22,675 nt of DNA from Verrucomicrobiota bacterium (GCA_039798785.1 JBDKFG010000075.1:1-22675), one strand, 5' to 3'. Positions 1 through 8,108 are shown, numbered from the stretch's first letter. The notes: a model not told the origin generated them from the letters alone. A program made the numbers and translations.

Positions 1-11
1 TGGGTTTCCTT

Positions 12-69
12 TCTGCGTTCATCTGCGTCTTCTGCGGTTGATTCCGTGTTCTCTGTGTCTTCCGTGGTT
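12..69. repeat. Degenerate 9-bp tandem repeats in two blocks of three units
   Basis: TCTGCGTTCA-TCTGCGTCT-TCTGCGGTT (12-39) and TCCGTGTTC-TCTGTGTCT-TCCGTGGTT (43-69); both blocks end in GGTT. Confidence 0.75.
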
Positions 70-165
70 CCATTTCGATTCCGGCGGAGTCGGATTAGGA
101 TGGATCCCAGGGACTCAGTCAGCGCCCCGGCAATCCGTCCGGGGGGCTTCTGATGCGAGCAGTCC

Positions 166-948
166 TTAGTCTCTGCCGTTGCAACGATCTGCCGCCAGAA
201 GATCGTCAAGGGAGCTTTGGATCAATTGCAGCGATTTGGCGTCGCTAAGGCGGTGGTCTCCGTCTTTGATCAGAATCAGGCGGGCATCGGAGGATTGGAG
301 CGCCGCGAGTGTGTCGGCTGAAAGCTGCCAGGGCGCGGTTTTGTCGGCGCTGCCATGCAGCAGGCGGACCGGGCAGAGAATCGGTATCGGCGCCTCGAGC
401 AGCTTCATCCGGCGTCCGGCAGCGAGCATGCTCTGATTGATCCGGGCCCCTCCGTAAGGGCTGGGTCGGAAGAACCATCCTTGAACGGCGAGCTTTTGGC
501 GTTCCAGGGGGCCAAGGCCCGGCTCGAGGATGCGGGTGGGGAAATCGGTCGCGGCTGCGATGGTGAGCAATCCTGTGATTTGGCGGGGAGGAAGGCGGAG
601 GGCCGCGTGCATGGCGAGCCAGGCGCCCATGCTTGAGCCGACCAGGATCAGCGGTCGATCTCCGAGGGTGGAGATCGCGGCCAGGGCGTCCTCGAGCCAG
701 TCTTCCGGGGTGTAATCGTGGAAGTCCCCGCCGCTGCCGCCGTGGCCACGGTAGTCGAAGCGCAGGCAGCCGAGCCCGGCGCGACGGGCGTATTCGACGA
801 CGCATTCGGCCTTTTCACCGTTGAAGTTGCTTTGGAAGCCGCAGAGGAAGACAAGCGAGGGCCTCTGCTCGTCTCCCTCGAGCCAGTCGAGGAGGAGGAT
901 CTGGCCGTCGGCGGCCGGAATGCGGATTCTAGTGCCGTGGCCGCTCAT
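166..948 (-). CDS. Alpha/beta hydrolase (ABHD10-like serine esterase), 260 aa
   Basis: GFQSNFNGEKA, RFDYRGHGGSGG, nucleophile elbow GSSMG, LLHGSAD (Asp) and GDHRLS (His). The start overlaps the upstream stop (ATGA, 945-948). Confidence 0.9.
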   Translation of the reverse strand: MSGHGTRIRIPAADGQILLLDWLEGDEQRPSLVFLCGFQSNFNGEKAECVVEYARRAGLGCLRFDYRGHGGSGGDFHDYTPEDWLEDALAAISTLGDRPLILVGSSMGAWLAMHAALRLPPRQITGLLTIAAATDFPTRILEPGLGPLERQKLAVQGWFFRPSPYGGARINQSMLAAGRRMKLLEAPIPILCPVRLLHGSADKTAPWQLSADTLAALQSSDARLILIKDGDHRLSDAKSLQLIQSSLDDLLAADRCNGRD

Positions 949-2984
949 GGCATCGAGGCTTCGGCGACGACCAGACGGTCGAGCCCTCGGAAGCCGAGAC
1001 AGAAGCCGCTGGCGTTGATCTCCTTGCCGAGGGTCTTGAGGAGGCGGCCGGCCATCTCGTCGTCGGCCCGGAAATAGAGTTCGCAGCGGTTGTCGAGGGA
1101 GAGGCTGACGAAGTCGCCTCCTTTCCGCACCGCGGTGACGGTGCCGCTGAGGAACACGGTCTTGTTGCGGTATTTGATCGCGGCTTCGGCGAGGGTGAGG
1201 GCTTTGAAGTCGGCATCGACTTCGGAAGCTTTGAGAGGCGCCAGCTTGGGCGCCTTGGCAAGGGCTTCACGGAAGTCGCTGCCGGCGGGGTTCCAGATGG
1301 TGACCAGCAGGTCCTCGAAGCGGTCGCGCTTGACTTCGATGCCGCGGCTGAAGCCATATTTGTCGGCGATCGTCGCTTTGCCGACATCAAGGATCGCCCC
1401 TGCGGCGTAGACGCTCGATTTGCCAGGTGTTTCGGCGAGGGTGATGCCGCCGTCGGCGCTGCGCTTCAGCAGCATGCCATAGACCTTGCGGGTGTCGCGC
1501 AGCTGCACCATGGTGTCGATTATCCATCCCTCGATTTCGAGAGGCTGGACCTCCTTCGGCTTGAGATCGATCTTCTTTTTGAATTCCATGTCGCCGCCGA
1601 TGGGGCGGATGCGGACTTCGTGGCTACCGGGAAGAAGGCGTGGAATGTCGAGAGGCAGCGACCATCCTTCCCCCTTGGGGTCGAGCAGTGTTTCGCCGAC
1701 GATGGCGCCATCGATGGCGACGACGCAGCGGCCGGGACGGGTTTTCAAGGCGATTGTGGCGGTGATGGGGGCGAAGCGGTGGGTGATCGAGCCGTGGGGC
1801 TTCTCCTGGGTCAGGACGATCTGGTAGGCGGCGTCTTCGAAGCCTGTTTTCCGGAAGATGAATTCATGGCGCCTGAAAGCCTGGTCGGGCATCACCATCG
1901 GTGTCTCCCCGATCAGCTGGCCGCCGATGAGGATGCTGGCGCCGCTGGGTTCGCTGCCGAGGATGAGGCTGCCGGGTGCTGCTTTCAGTCGAAAATGCCG
2001 TGGCTGGCTGTCCCCGGGATCGAGCAGGAATCGCTTCGGCAGGTAGCCGCCGAGGAGCAGGCTGACTTCCTGTGGAGCCGTCCCCAGGGGGAGGTTGAGC
2101 GGCGTGACGCCAAGTGGCGAGCCGTTGATTTCGACCAGTGCGCCGGCTGGTTCCGAACTGCAAGGAAGGAAAGTCGTCAGAGACGGCTGCGTCTCCGGCT
2201 TCGTCGCATCATGGCTCGCCAGCAGCGCCGAGGGACTGGCGGGGGCTGCGTCCGGAAGGCCAGGGGGCGGCGACGGCTTTTCCACCGACAGCCGGGGTTG
2301 CTGTGGGCGTTCTTGGAAATAAGGACCGAGACGCTCGCGGTTGAGCCAGAGGGCGAAAGGGCTGAGGATCAGGCAGAGAAGCAGAGCATTGACGAATCGG
2401 CGCTGTCGCTTCTCCTCCCTGAGCCGGGCTTTTTGTCGCGCCGCGAGGGCTGATTCCAACGCCTGCCGGTCTTCGGCACTCAGGCCTTCCAAGGCCTTCT
2501 GGGGGAAGTGCATTTCGCTGCGGCGGCCTGCTCCGAGCTTGTCGCGCAGGCGGCTGACCGGGGGCGTCGTCGGCGACTGGGATTTGGCGGCGGCACAATG
2601 GAAGCGGCAGATGTTGCCGGCGAAACTCAGAAGGTCGCCGTCCTGCAGCTGGCGATGGTCGACCAGGCGTTCGTTGTTGACTTTGACACCGTTTGTCGAG
2701 TGACAGTCGAAGAGTATCCAGTGATCTTCTCTCCACTCGATCACCAAGTGCCGGGCGGAGACGCCGTCGCTGCGGATCATCACGACGTTGGAGGTGCTCC
2801 GGCCGATGGTGACGATGCCAGTCTGGGCGAAGGGCAATCGGCGTCCTTTGAGAGCTCCTTCGCTGAACTCCAGGTCGAAGGGCAGGGGCAGGGGCAGGGG
2901 CAGGGGCGAGGGCGGGGCAGGTGTCGGTGAAGGCTCGGGCGCCGGAAGAGAAGACGGAGCAAGAGGCTGAGGTTCTTCCGGCAT
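945..2984 (-). CDS. Membrane-anchored FHA-domain and PEGA-repeat protein with a C-terminal OB-fold-like domain, 679 aa
   Basis: FHA motifs TIGRS, VSARH, STNG; one TM segment (FVNALLLCLILSPFALWL); PEGA-type repeats SSEPAGALVEING..LGVTP, GSEPSGASILIGG..IGETP, KTRPGRCVVAIDG..VGET. Start moved to the ATG at 2984 because AAGGAG lies just upstream of it. Confidence 0.85.
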   Translation of the reverse strand: MPEEPQPLAPSSLPAPEPSPTPAPPSPLPLPLPLPFDLEFSEGALKGRRLPFAQTGIVTIGRSTSNVVMIRSDGVSARHLVIEWREDHWILFDCHSTNGVKVNNERLVDHRQLQDGDLLSFAGNICRFHCAAAKSQSPTTPPVSRLRDKLGAGRRSEMHFPQKALEGLSAEDRQALESALAARQKARLREEKRQRRFVNALLLCLILSPFALWLNRERLGPYFQERPQQPRLSVEKPSPPPGLPDAAPASPSALLASHDATKPETQPSLTTFLPCSSEPAGALVEINGSPLGVTPLNLPLGTAPQEVSLLLGGYLPKRFLLDPGDSQPRHFRLKAAPGSLILGSEPSGASILIGGQLIGETPMVMPDQAFRRHEFIFRKTGFEDAAYQIVLTQEKPHGSITHRFAPITATIALKTRPGRCVVAIDGAIVGETLLDPKGEGWSLPLDIPRLLPGSHEVRIRPIGGDMEFKKKIDLKPKEVQPLEIEGWIIDTMVQLRDTRKVYGMLLKRSADGGITLAETPGKSSVYAAGAILDVGKATIADKYGFSRGIEVKRDRFEDLLVTIWNPAGSDFREALAKAPKLAPLKASEVDADFKALTLAEAAIKYRNKTVFLSGTVTAVRKGGDFVSLSLDNRCELYFRADDEMAGRLLKTLGKEINASGFCLGFRGLDRLVVAEASMP
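2880..2907 (+). repeat. In-frame hexamer tandem repeat (GGGCAG)4+GGGC encoding the PLPLPLPLP linker
   Basis: Read directly from the sequence; contains four GGGG tracts separated by CA. Confidence 0.85.
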
Positions 2985-3026
2985 GGCGACTCCTTTAAGC
3001 ATTCAAACGCCTGGGGCAGGGAATTC

Positions 3027-3038
3027 ATTGTCGACAAT
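3027..3038. promoter_or_regulatory. Perfect 12-bp palindrome ATTGTCGACAAT, candidate operator upstream of the FHA gene
   Basis: Self-complementary, about 43 bp upstream of ATG 2984; overlaps a possible minus-strand TTTACA-N18-GACAAT promoter. Confidence 0.4.
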
Positions 3039-3137
3039 AACCGAGCTTGCTGTAAAAACATCTGAACTCCCGCACTCTGCATGGAAGGAGGCCGCTTCTT
3101 CAAGGACTTGAACATGAGGCGGAGCTGGATCGGAAGT

Positions 3138-3177
3138 CCGTGATTCGCCCGCAAGAAGGCGGGCAGGCGATGCACGG
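3138..3177 (-). terminator. Stem-loop downstream of pstC (possible terminator or mRNA 3' protector)
   Basis: Core GCCCGC-AAGAAG-GCGGGC (3147-3164) with outer CCGTG/CACGG arms; no clear U-tract. Confidence 0.35.
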
Positions 3178-3203
3178 GTAAAGTCTATCTGGGTGCGGAC
3201 GGC

Positions 3204-5504
3204 TCAAAGAGCTTTGTTCTTGTTGCGGAAGTGCTGGCGGATGACTTCTGCTAGGGTGTTGATGACGAAGGTGAAGAGGAAGAGCAGCAGGGCCCCGAGG
3301 AAGAGGGCTCGGTAGAGGGTGGAGCCGTGCGCGGCTTCAGGGATCTCGGTGGCCAGATTTTGCGACAGGGTGCGCATGCCAACGAGAGGGTTGAAGTCGG
3401 TGTTGTCGTTGCCGCCGGCGACGCACAGGACGATGATGGTTTCACCGACGGCGCGCCCGAGGCCGATCATGATGGCTGAGAAGATGCCGCCGGCGGCGGC
3501 GGGAATGATGACGTTGAAAGCGGTCTGCCAGCGGCTGGCGCCTAGGGCGAGCGAGGCCGAGGAGAGCGATTTCGGCACGTTGGTGAGGGCGTCCTCGGCG
3601 ATGGTGAAGATGATCGGCATGACGGCAAAGCCGATGGCGATGCCGGTGATGATGGCGTTCTGCTCGCTGACCTGCAATTCGAGCTGGTTGCGGGCGTACT
3701 CCGAGAAGCCTTTGGGGAAGAGCCTGGCTTCGATCAGAAGTCCGAGCTTCCACGACTGCCAGGAGGAGAGGAGGAAGACCGGGATGAGCACCAGCCATTC
3801 ATTGCCGCTGCGGACCCGGAGCAGGTGGCCGTGGGGGATGCGGCTGTGAAGAATGCCGATCGCGGCGGCGACGGCGCAGGAGCCTGCGATGGCGACGGCG
3901 AGCGCCACGACATGGTCGCCCAAGGCGTGCTGCAGCCAGGCCATCGCCAGGAAGCCGATCACCACCGAAGGAATCGAGGCCATCACTTCCATGCAGGGCT
4001 TGATCACGGCTCTCGTCGCCGGGCTGAGGAACTGCGAGCTGTAGACCGCGGCCAGCAGGGACAGCGGGACGGCGAAGAACATCGCCCAGATGCAGGCCTT
4101 GATGCTGCCGAAGACGAGAGGAACCATCGACAGCTTGGCTTCGGCTTCGTCCGATCCGCCGCCGGATTCCCAGGAATACTGCGGCTTCGAGTCCCCTTCG
4201 TACCAGACTTTGCCGAAGAAGGTCTGCAGAGAGGACTCCGGATGGGGATCCTTAAGACGGTAGAGATTGACCTGGCCGGCGGCATCGAGGGTGGCGAGCC
4301 GGTGGTACTTGGCAGTGAAGAGGGCTCGGGTGACGGGGCTGCCCGAATCGATCCGCAGGCTTTCCTCGCCGGTGGTGTAGTTGTTGAGCCGGATTTGAGC
4401 CTCGGTGAAGATGGCGAAGGACTTGTTGCGGAGGGCGTGGGCCAGGACCGGCGCTGACGAGCCGGAGACCGGAGCGAAGGTTTTGATCCGTCCGAAGAGA
4501 CGCGGGCTGTCGTCCTGGGCTTTGTACAAGCTGAACCCGGCGACATCGCCTTTTGAGGAGCTGAGGATCAGAGACATGTCGCCGTAGACAGGCTCAATCG
4601 CGGTGACTTCAGCTCCGGGGAAGGCCTCGAAGCTCTGGAGGACTTCGGGGCCGGCATCGCGGAATTTCACCACTGCGACCTTGCCTCCTTTGAGGGTGAC
4701 GGCGATCAGGTCGGCCTGGCCGGAGACGCAGAGAAGCTGGGCTTCCTCCTTGATCAATTCGCTGAGATCCCACGAGTTTTTCACCTCAAGATCACCGGCG
4801 TTGCCGAAGAGGTCGACGCTGCGTCCCATCAGGGTCGCGGTGAGGTGGCGCCGGCCGTCCGGGGTCTGGACGATGGCGCCGATGAGGCAGCTGTCTTTCT
4901 GGATCCCCATGCCGATTTTCTCGACCCGGCCCTTGACCGCCAGATCATAGCTGGCCGACTCCACAGGAGCGACGCTGACCTTTTGCAGGAACTTCTCGCC
5001 ATCCTCTGCGCCGGAGAGCTTCACCGCCTTGCCGTTCCGTTCGATCAGGCTGCTGCTGTAATGCAGTTCGACCGTGGCGAATTTGCCGTCGGCGGAGCCC
5101 AGCACCAAGGTCTGGTTTTTCTGGGTATAGCCGCAGGCGCTGGCTTCTTTGAGCTGGAATGTGAAGGGGGAGGGGGCTGCGACAGGTGGGACATCATACT
5201 TGGCCAGCAGCTGCTCGAAGGCCGGATCGCGGTGAAATTCGACGCCTCCTGGGGTGACGCTGCCGAGGATCTGCCCCCATTCGTCCAAGGTGATCGCCAA
5301 GGGTCGCTCCTTGAGCTTCAAGGAAGTCCCCGATTTCAGGATGGGGCCCTTGAACAGCGGCAGGACTTCCTTGGTAATGAAGATCAGGATCAGGAGTACG
5401 GCGGCGATGACGGCGAGCCCGCCGACGGAAATGAAGTGCCCCATGAATTTATCGGTGCGGCGTGTCCAAGGGGAGATTTCTCGGCGGTTCGGAGCGGGAC
5501 TCAT
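3204..5504 (-). CDS. pstC: Phosphate ABC transporter permease PstC, long form with a large extracytoplasmic N-terminal domain, 766 aa
   Basis: Permease motifs IKPCMEVMASIPSVVIGF, IAEDALTNVP..SLALGASRWQT, LGRAVGET, EIPEAAHGSTLYRALF; KVWYEG motif of long PstC proteins; directly downstream of pstS. Confidence 0.92.
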   Translation of the reverse strand: MSPAPNRREISPWTRRTDKFMGHFISVGGLAVIAAVLLILIFITKEVLPLFKGPILKSGTSLKLKERPLAITLDEWGQILGSVTPGGVEFHRDPAFEQLLAKYDVPPVAAPSPFTFQLKEASACGYTQKNQTLVLGSADGKFATVELHYSSSLIERNGKAVKLSGAEDGEKFLQKVSVAPVESASYDLAVKGRVEKIGMGIQKDSCLIGAIVQTPDGRRHLTATLMGRSVDLFGNAGDLEVKNSWDLSELIKEEAQLLCVSGQADLIAVTLKGGKVAVVKFRDAGPEVLQSFEAFPGAEVTAIEPVYGDMSLILSSSKGDVAGFSLYKAQDDSPRLFGRIKTFAPVSGSSAPVLAHALRNKSFAIFTEAQIRLNNYTTGEESLRIDSGSPVTRALFTAKYHRLATLDAAGQVNLYRLKDPHPESSLQTFFGKVWYEGDSKPQYSWESGGGSDEAEAKLSMVPLVFGSIKACIWAMFFAVPLSLLAAVYSSQFLSPATRAVIKPCMEVMASIPSVVIGFLAMAWLQHALGDHVVALAVAIAGSCAVAAAIGILHSRIPHGHLLRVRSGNEWLVLIPVFLLSSWQSWKLGLLIEARLFPKGFSEYARNQLELQVSEQNAIITGIAIGFAVMPIIFTIAEDALTNVPKSLSSASLALGASRWQTAFNVIIPAAAGGIFSAIMIGLGRAVGETIIVLCVAGGNDNTDFNPLVGMRTLSQNLATEIPEAAHGSTLYRALFLGALLLFLFTFVINTLAEVIRQHFRNKNKAL

Positions 5505-5565
5505 GGGGCATCCTGGGAAATCGAGGTTTTGTGTTTTGGCGGGGACTTAAATTGAAATGGAGAAG

Positions 5566-5591
5566 CCGGAAGCCGTTTGAGCGGCTTCCGG
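5566..5591 (-). terminator. pstS-pstC intercistronic hairpin
   Basis: Perfect 10-bp stem CCGGAAGCCG / CGGCTTCCGG with a 6-nt loop, followed on the minus strand by CTTCTCCATTT (weak U-tract). Confidence 0.65.
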
Positions 5592-5617
5592 AGGGTGGAC
5601 TCAGACGTCCTTGAAGA

Positions 5618-6577
5618 TCATTTCAGGGAGAGCTCGATCTTCTTGCTCATCGCGGCGGGCAAGGAGTAGAAGCCTTCCTTGGCGACGAGTTCCTGGCCCT
5701 GTTTGGAGAGGGCGTAGCGGAGGAATTCGGCAGTCAGGGGGTCAGCGGGCTGGCCGGGCTTCTTGTTGATGTAGACGAAGAGGACGCGGGCCAGAGGATA
5801 GGATTTATTGAGGCAGTTCTCGGCGCTCGGCTCGGCGTATTTGCTGCCGTCCTTGTCGGCAAGAGGAAGGGCGCGGACCTCGGCGGTCCGATAGCCGATG
5901 CCGGAGTAGCCGATGCCGGCCTTGTTCTTGGCGACCGAGGAGATCACGCCGGACGAACCGGGCTGCTCGTTGACGCCGGACTTGAAGTCGCCTTTGCCGA
6001 GAGCGGTTTCCTTGAAGAATCCATAGGTGCCGGAGGAGCTGTTGCGGCCGAAGATGGCGATCGGGGCATCGCTGAGTTCGCCGTCGAGACCGAGGTCGCC
6101 CCAGGAGGAGATGTCGCGGCCGCCGAGCTTGTAAGTCGAGGAGAAGATGCCGTCGACCTGCTGCAGATTCATACCTTTGATCGGGTTGTCCTTGTGGACA
6201 TAGACGGCGAGAGCGTCAATGGCGACGCCGATGGCGGTGGGCTTGTAGCCGAACTTCTTCTCGAACTTGTCGGCTTCGGTGGATTTCATTTCGCGGCTCA
6301 TCGGGCCGAGCTGGGCGGTGCCATCTTCAAGTGCGGCGGGGGCGGTGGCCGAACCCTTGCCTTCGATCTGGAGCTTGACCTGGGGATATTGCCGGCGGAA
6401 GCCTTCGGCCCAGAAGGTCATTACGTTGTTGAGAGTGTCGGATCCGACCGAGTTGAGATTTCCGGAGAGGCCGGCGACGGGTTTGTATTCGGGGAGATCG
6501 GCGTCGACTTTTTGAGCAGCGCCGAGTTTGGCGGCCAGGCAGAGACAGGCGAAGCTGCTGAGGATGTTGATTTTCAT
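5618..6577 (-). CDS. pstS: Phosphate ABC transporter substrate-binding protein PstS, 319 aa
   Basis: Signal peptide; VGSDT, EGKGSATA, LGPMSR, GRNSSSGTYGFF, GIGYSGIGY and YPLAR motifs; RBS GAAGGAG. Confidence 0.95.
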   Translation of the reverse strand: MKINILSSFACLCLAAKLGAAQKVDADLPEYKPVAGLSGNLNSVGSDTLNNVMTFWAEGFRRQYPQVKLQIEGKGSATAPAALEDGTAQLGPMSREMKSTEADKFEKKFGYKPTAIGVAIDALAVYVHKDNPIKGMNLQQVDGIFSSTYKLGGRDISSWGDLGLDGELSDAPIAIFGRNSSSGTYGFFKETALGKGDFKSGVNEQPGSSGVISSVAKNKAGIGYSGIGYRTAEVRALPLADKDGSKYAEPSAENCLNKSYPLARVLFVYINKKPGQPADPLTAEFLRYALSKQGQELVAKEGFYSLPAAMSKKIELSLK

Positions 6578-6668
6578 TTTGTTTCTCCTTCGGGTTGGTG
6601 ATGTCCGAAGATTAGGCGTTTGCCAATTTCCTGCTCAGCGCGATTGATCAATGGGCGGTGATCTTTTT

Positions 6669-6686
6669 GTTAAGGATTGGTTAAGG
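6669..6686 (-). promoter_or_regulatory. Pho-box-like direct repeat (CCTTAAC-N4-CCTTAAC, 11-bp period) upstream of pstS
   Basis: GTTAAGG at 6669-6675 and 6680-6686 on the plus strand, about 90 bp upstream of the pstS ATG. An 11-bp period is typical of PhoB/OmpR-family sites. Confidence 0.65.
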
Positions 6687-6812
6687 GTCCTAGCGACAGG
6701 CTCGCGTGACTTTAGGAAGCAGGTATGCGTGTATTTTCCTTGGCTTGGAGCCTCGTACCAGTGGAAAATTTACGGAAAAACCACGCGCGCGGGAAAAACC
6801 CAAGGGAGTTTA

Positions 6813-6957
6813 CACGCGTATCCAAGATGCCTCACGAGTCATGCTGGGAACCCCTGCGAAAAGATTCTGGTCTGAATTCTGCCGAATTCTGTCGTTCGAC
6901 CCGCGAGGGGTCGAGCAGCAGGAGCAAAGGCCAAATCGCTTATCTTGGATACGCGTG
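6813..6957. mobile_element. 145-bp MITE (non-autonomous IS derivative)
   Basis: Perfect 16-bp TIRs CACGCGTATCCAAGAT (6813-6828) / ATCTTGGATACGCGTG (6942-6957), flanked by the exact 10-bp direct repeat AGGGAGTTTA (6803-6812 and 6958-6967); too short to encode a transposase. Confidence 0.9.
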
Positions 6958-6974
6958 AGGGAGTTTATCGTTTC

Positions 6975-8108
6975 TCAGGGCGCGACTTTCACCGCCTCAA
7001 GCTTGATCGGCGCGGCACCGCCCGCCGCCCATTGCACCACGATGATGTTGCCGTCGCGGTCGACGCAAAGATCGTGGGCGTGGATGAAGACGGGCTCTGC
7101 CTGGAAGAGAGGCTGCAGTTTGCCGTCGACGTACTTGGGCTCGACGCCGCCGGGACAGGAGATCACTTTGTCGTCCTTGTCGAGAATGATGACGAAGCCG
7201 GAGGCGCCGCCGACCTTGGGGCCGGTGCCGTCCTTCTTCGACCAGCAGACGCCGACGTAGAGCTTGTCGCCATGGACCGCGGCCTGGCCGCAGTAGGCGC
7301 CGGGCAGGGAGATGTCGCCCAGATACTTGCCCTCGAGCGAGAAGTACTTGAGCTGGTTGTCGGCGCGGGAGCTGACGATGAGGCGGGGGTTCTTCGGGTC
7401 GCGGGTGTCGATCGAGATGCCGTGGGCCTCGTGCAGGCGGGCCTTGGGATCGGCCTCGGTGGAGCCGCCGAATTTGCGGATGAACTTGCCGTCCTTGTCG
7501 AATTGGAGGACCCAGTTGGAGCCATAGCCGTCGGAGATGTAGATGTCGCCGTTGGGGCCGACGGCGGCGTCGCAGGGCATGTATTTCATCTCCGGTTCGT
7601 AGGCGCCGACGCTCAAGGGGTCGGGCAGGGAGAGGACAAGCTGGCCGTTGGTGTCGGTGATGGCGCAGCGGCCGCGTTCGCAAAGCTGGCGTCCGGCGCG
7701 GACGGCCCAGCCGGAATCGACGACGACGAGGCGTTCCTGGCCGTCGCGCTCGAAGAGTTCGAGTCCGTGGGCGCCGGGATATTCGGTGATGCCGGCGCTC
7801 TTGAGCTTGCCCTCGGGTCCGTAGCGCAGGAAGTTGTGCAGGGTGTTGTCGCAGAGGGCGATGAAGTCGCCGTTCTTAAGCTGCACCATGGCGTGGCAGT
7901 TGTAGATCGGGTTCTTCTTGGGGTCGAGCTGGCCCCAGCCAGGGACGACGCTGAACTTCATCTCGCCGTGGCCGATGACGGTGCCGGCCACAGGGATTGG
8001 AGCGGCCACAGGTGCACAAAGGCTGGTGTGCGTCTGACCGTCTTCGTGGCCAGGGTGGGCGGCGAGGTCGAGCGGAAGGAGAAGCGTGGAGACGAGAAAT
8101 TTGTTCAT
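6975..8108 (-). CDS. Secreted NHL-repeat beta-propeller, similar to peptidyl-alpha-hydroxyglycine lyase (PAL), 377 aa
   Basis: NHL blades such as PCDAAVGPNGDIYISDGYGSNWVLQFDKDGKFIRKFGG; His motifs GAHGL, EAHGI, HAHDL; N-terminal signal-like segment. Confidence 0.85.
   Translation of the reverse strand: MNKFLVSTLLLPLDLAAHPGHEDGQTHTSLCAPVAAPIPVAGTVIGHGEMKFSVVPGWGQLDPKKNPIYNCHAMVQLKNGDFIALCDNTLHNFLRYGPEGKLKSAGITEYPGAHGLELFERDGQERLVVVDSGWAVRAGRQLCERGRCAITDTNGQLVLSLPDPLSVGAYEPEMKYMPCDAAVGPNGDIYISDGYGSNWVLQFDKDGKFIRKFGGSTEADPKARLHEAHGISIDTRDPKNPRLIVSSRADNQLKYFSLEGKYLGDISLPGAYCGQAAVHGDKLYVGVCWSKKDGTGPKVGGASGFVIILDKDDKVISCPGGVEPKYVDGKLQPLFQAEPVFIHAHDLCVDRDGNIIVVQWAAGGAAPIKLEAVKVAP

Noticed and set aside
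122..148. GC hairpin downstream of the alpha/beta hydrolase as a terminator
   Set aside because: Short imperfect stem and no U-tract on the minus strand.
6651..6958. Small plus-strand ORFs between pstS and the NHL gene
   Set aside because: They overlap the pstS promoter and the MITE and show no protein-like features.
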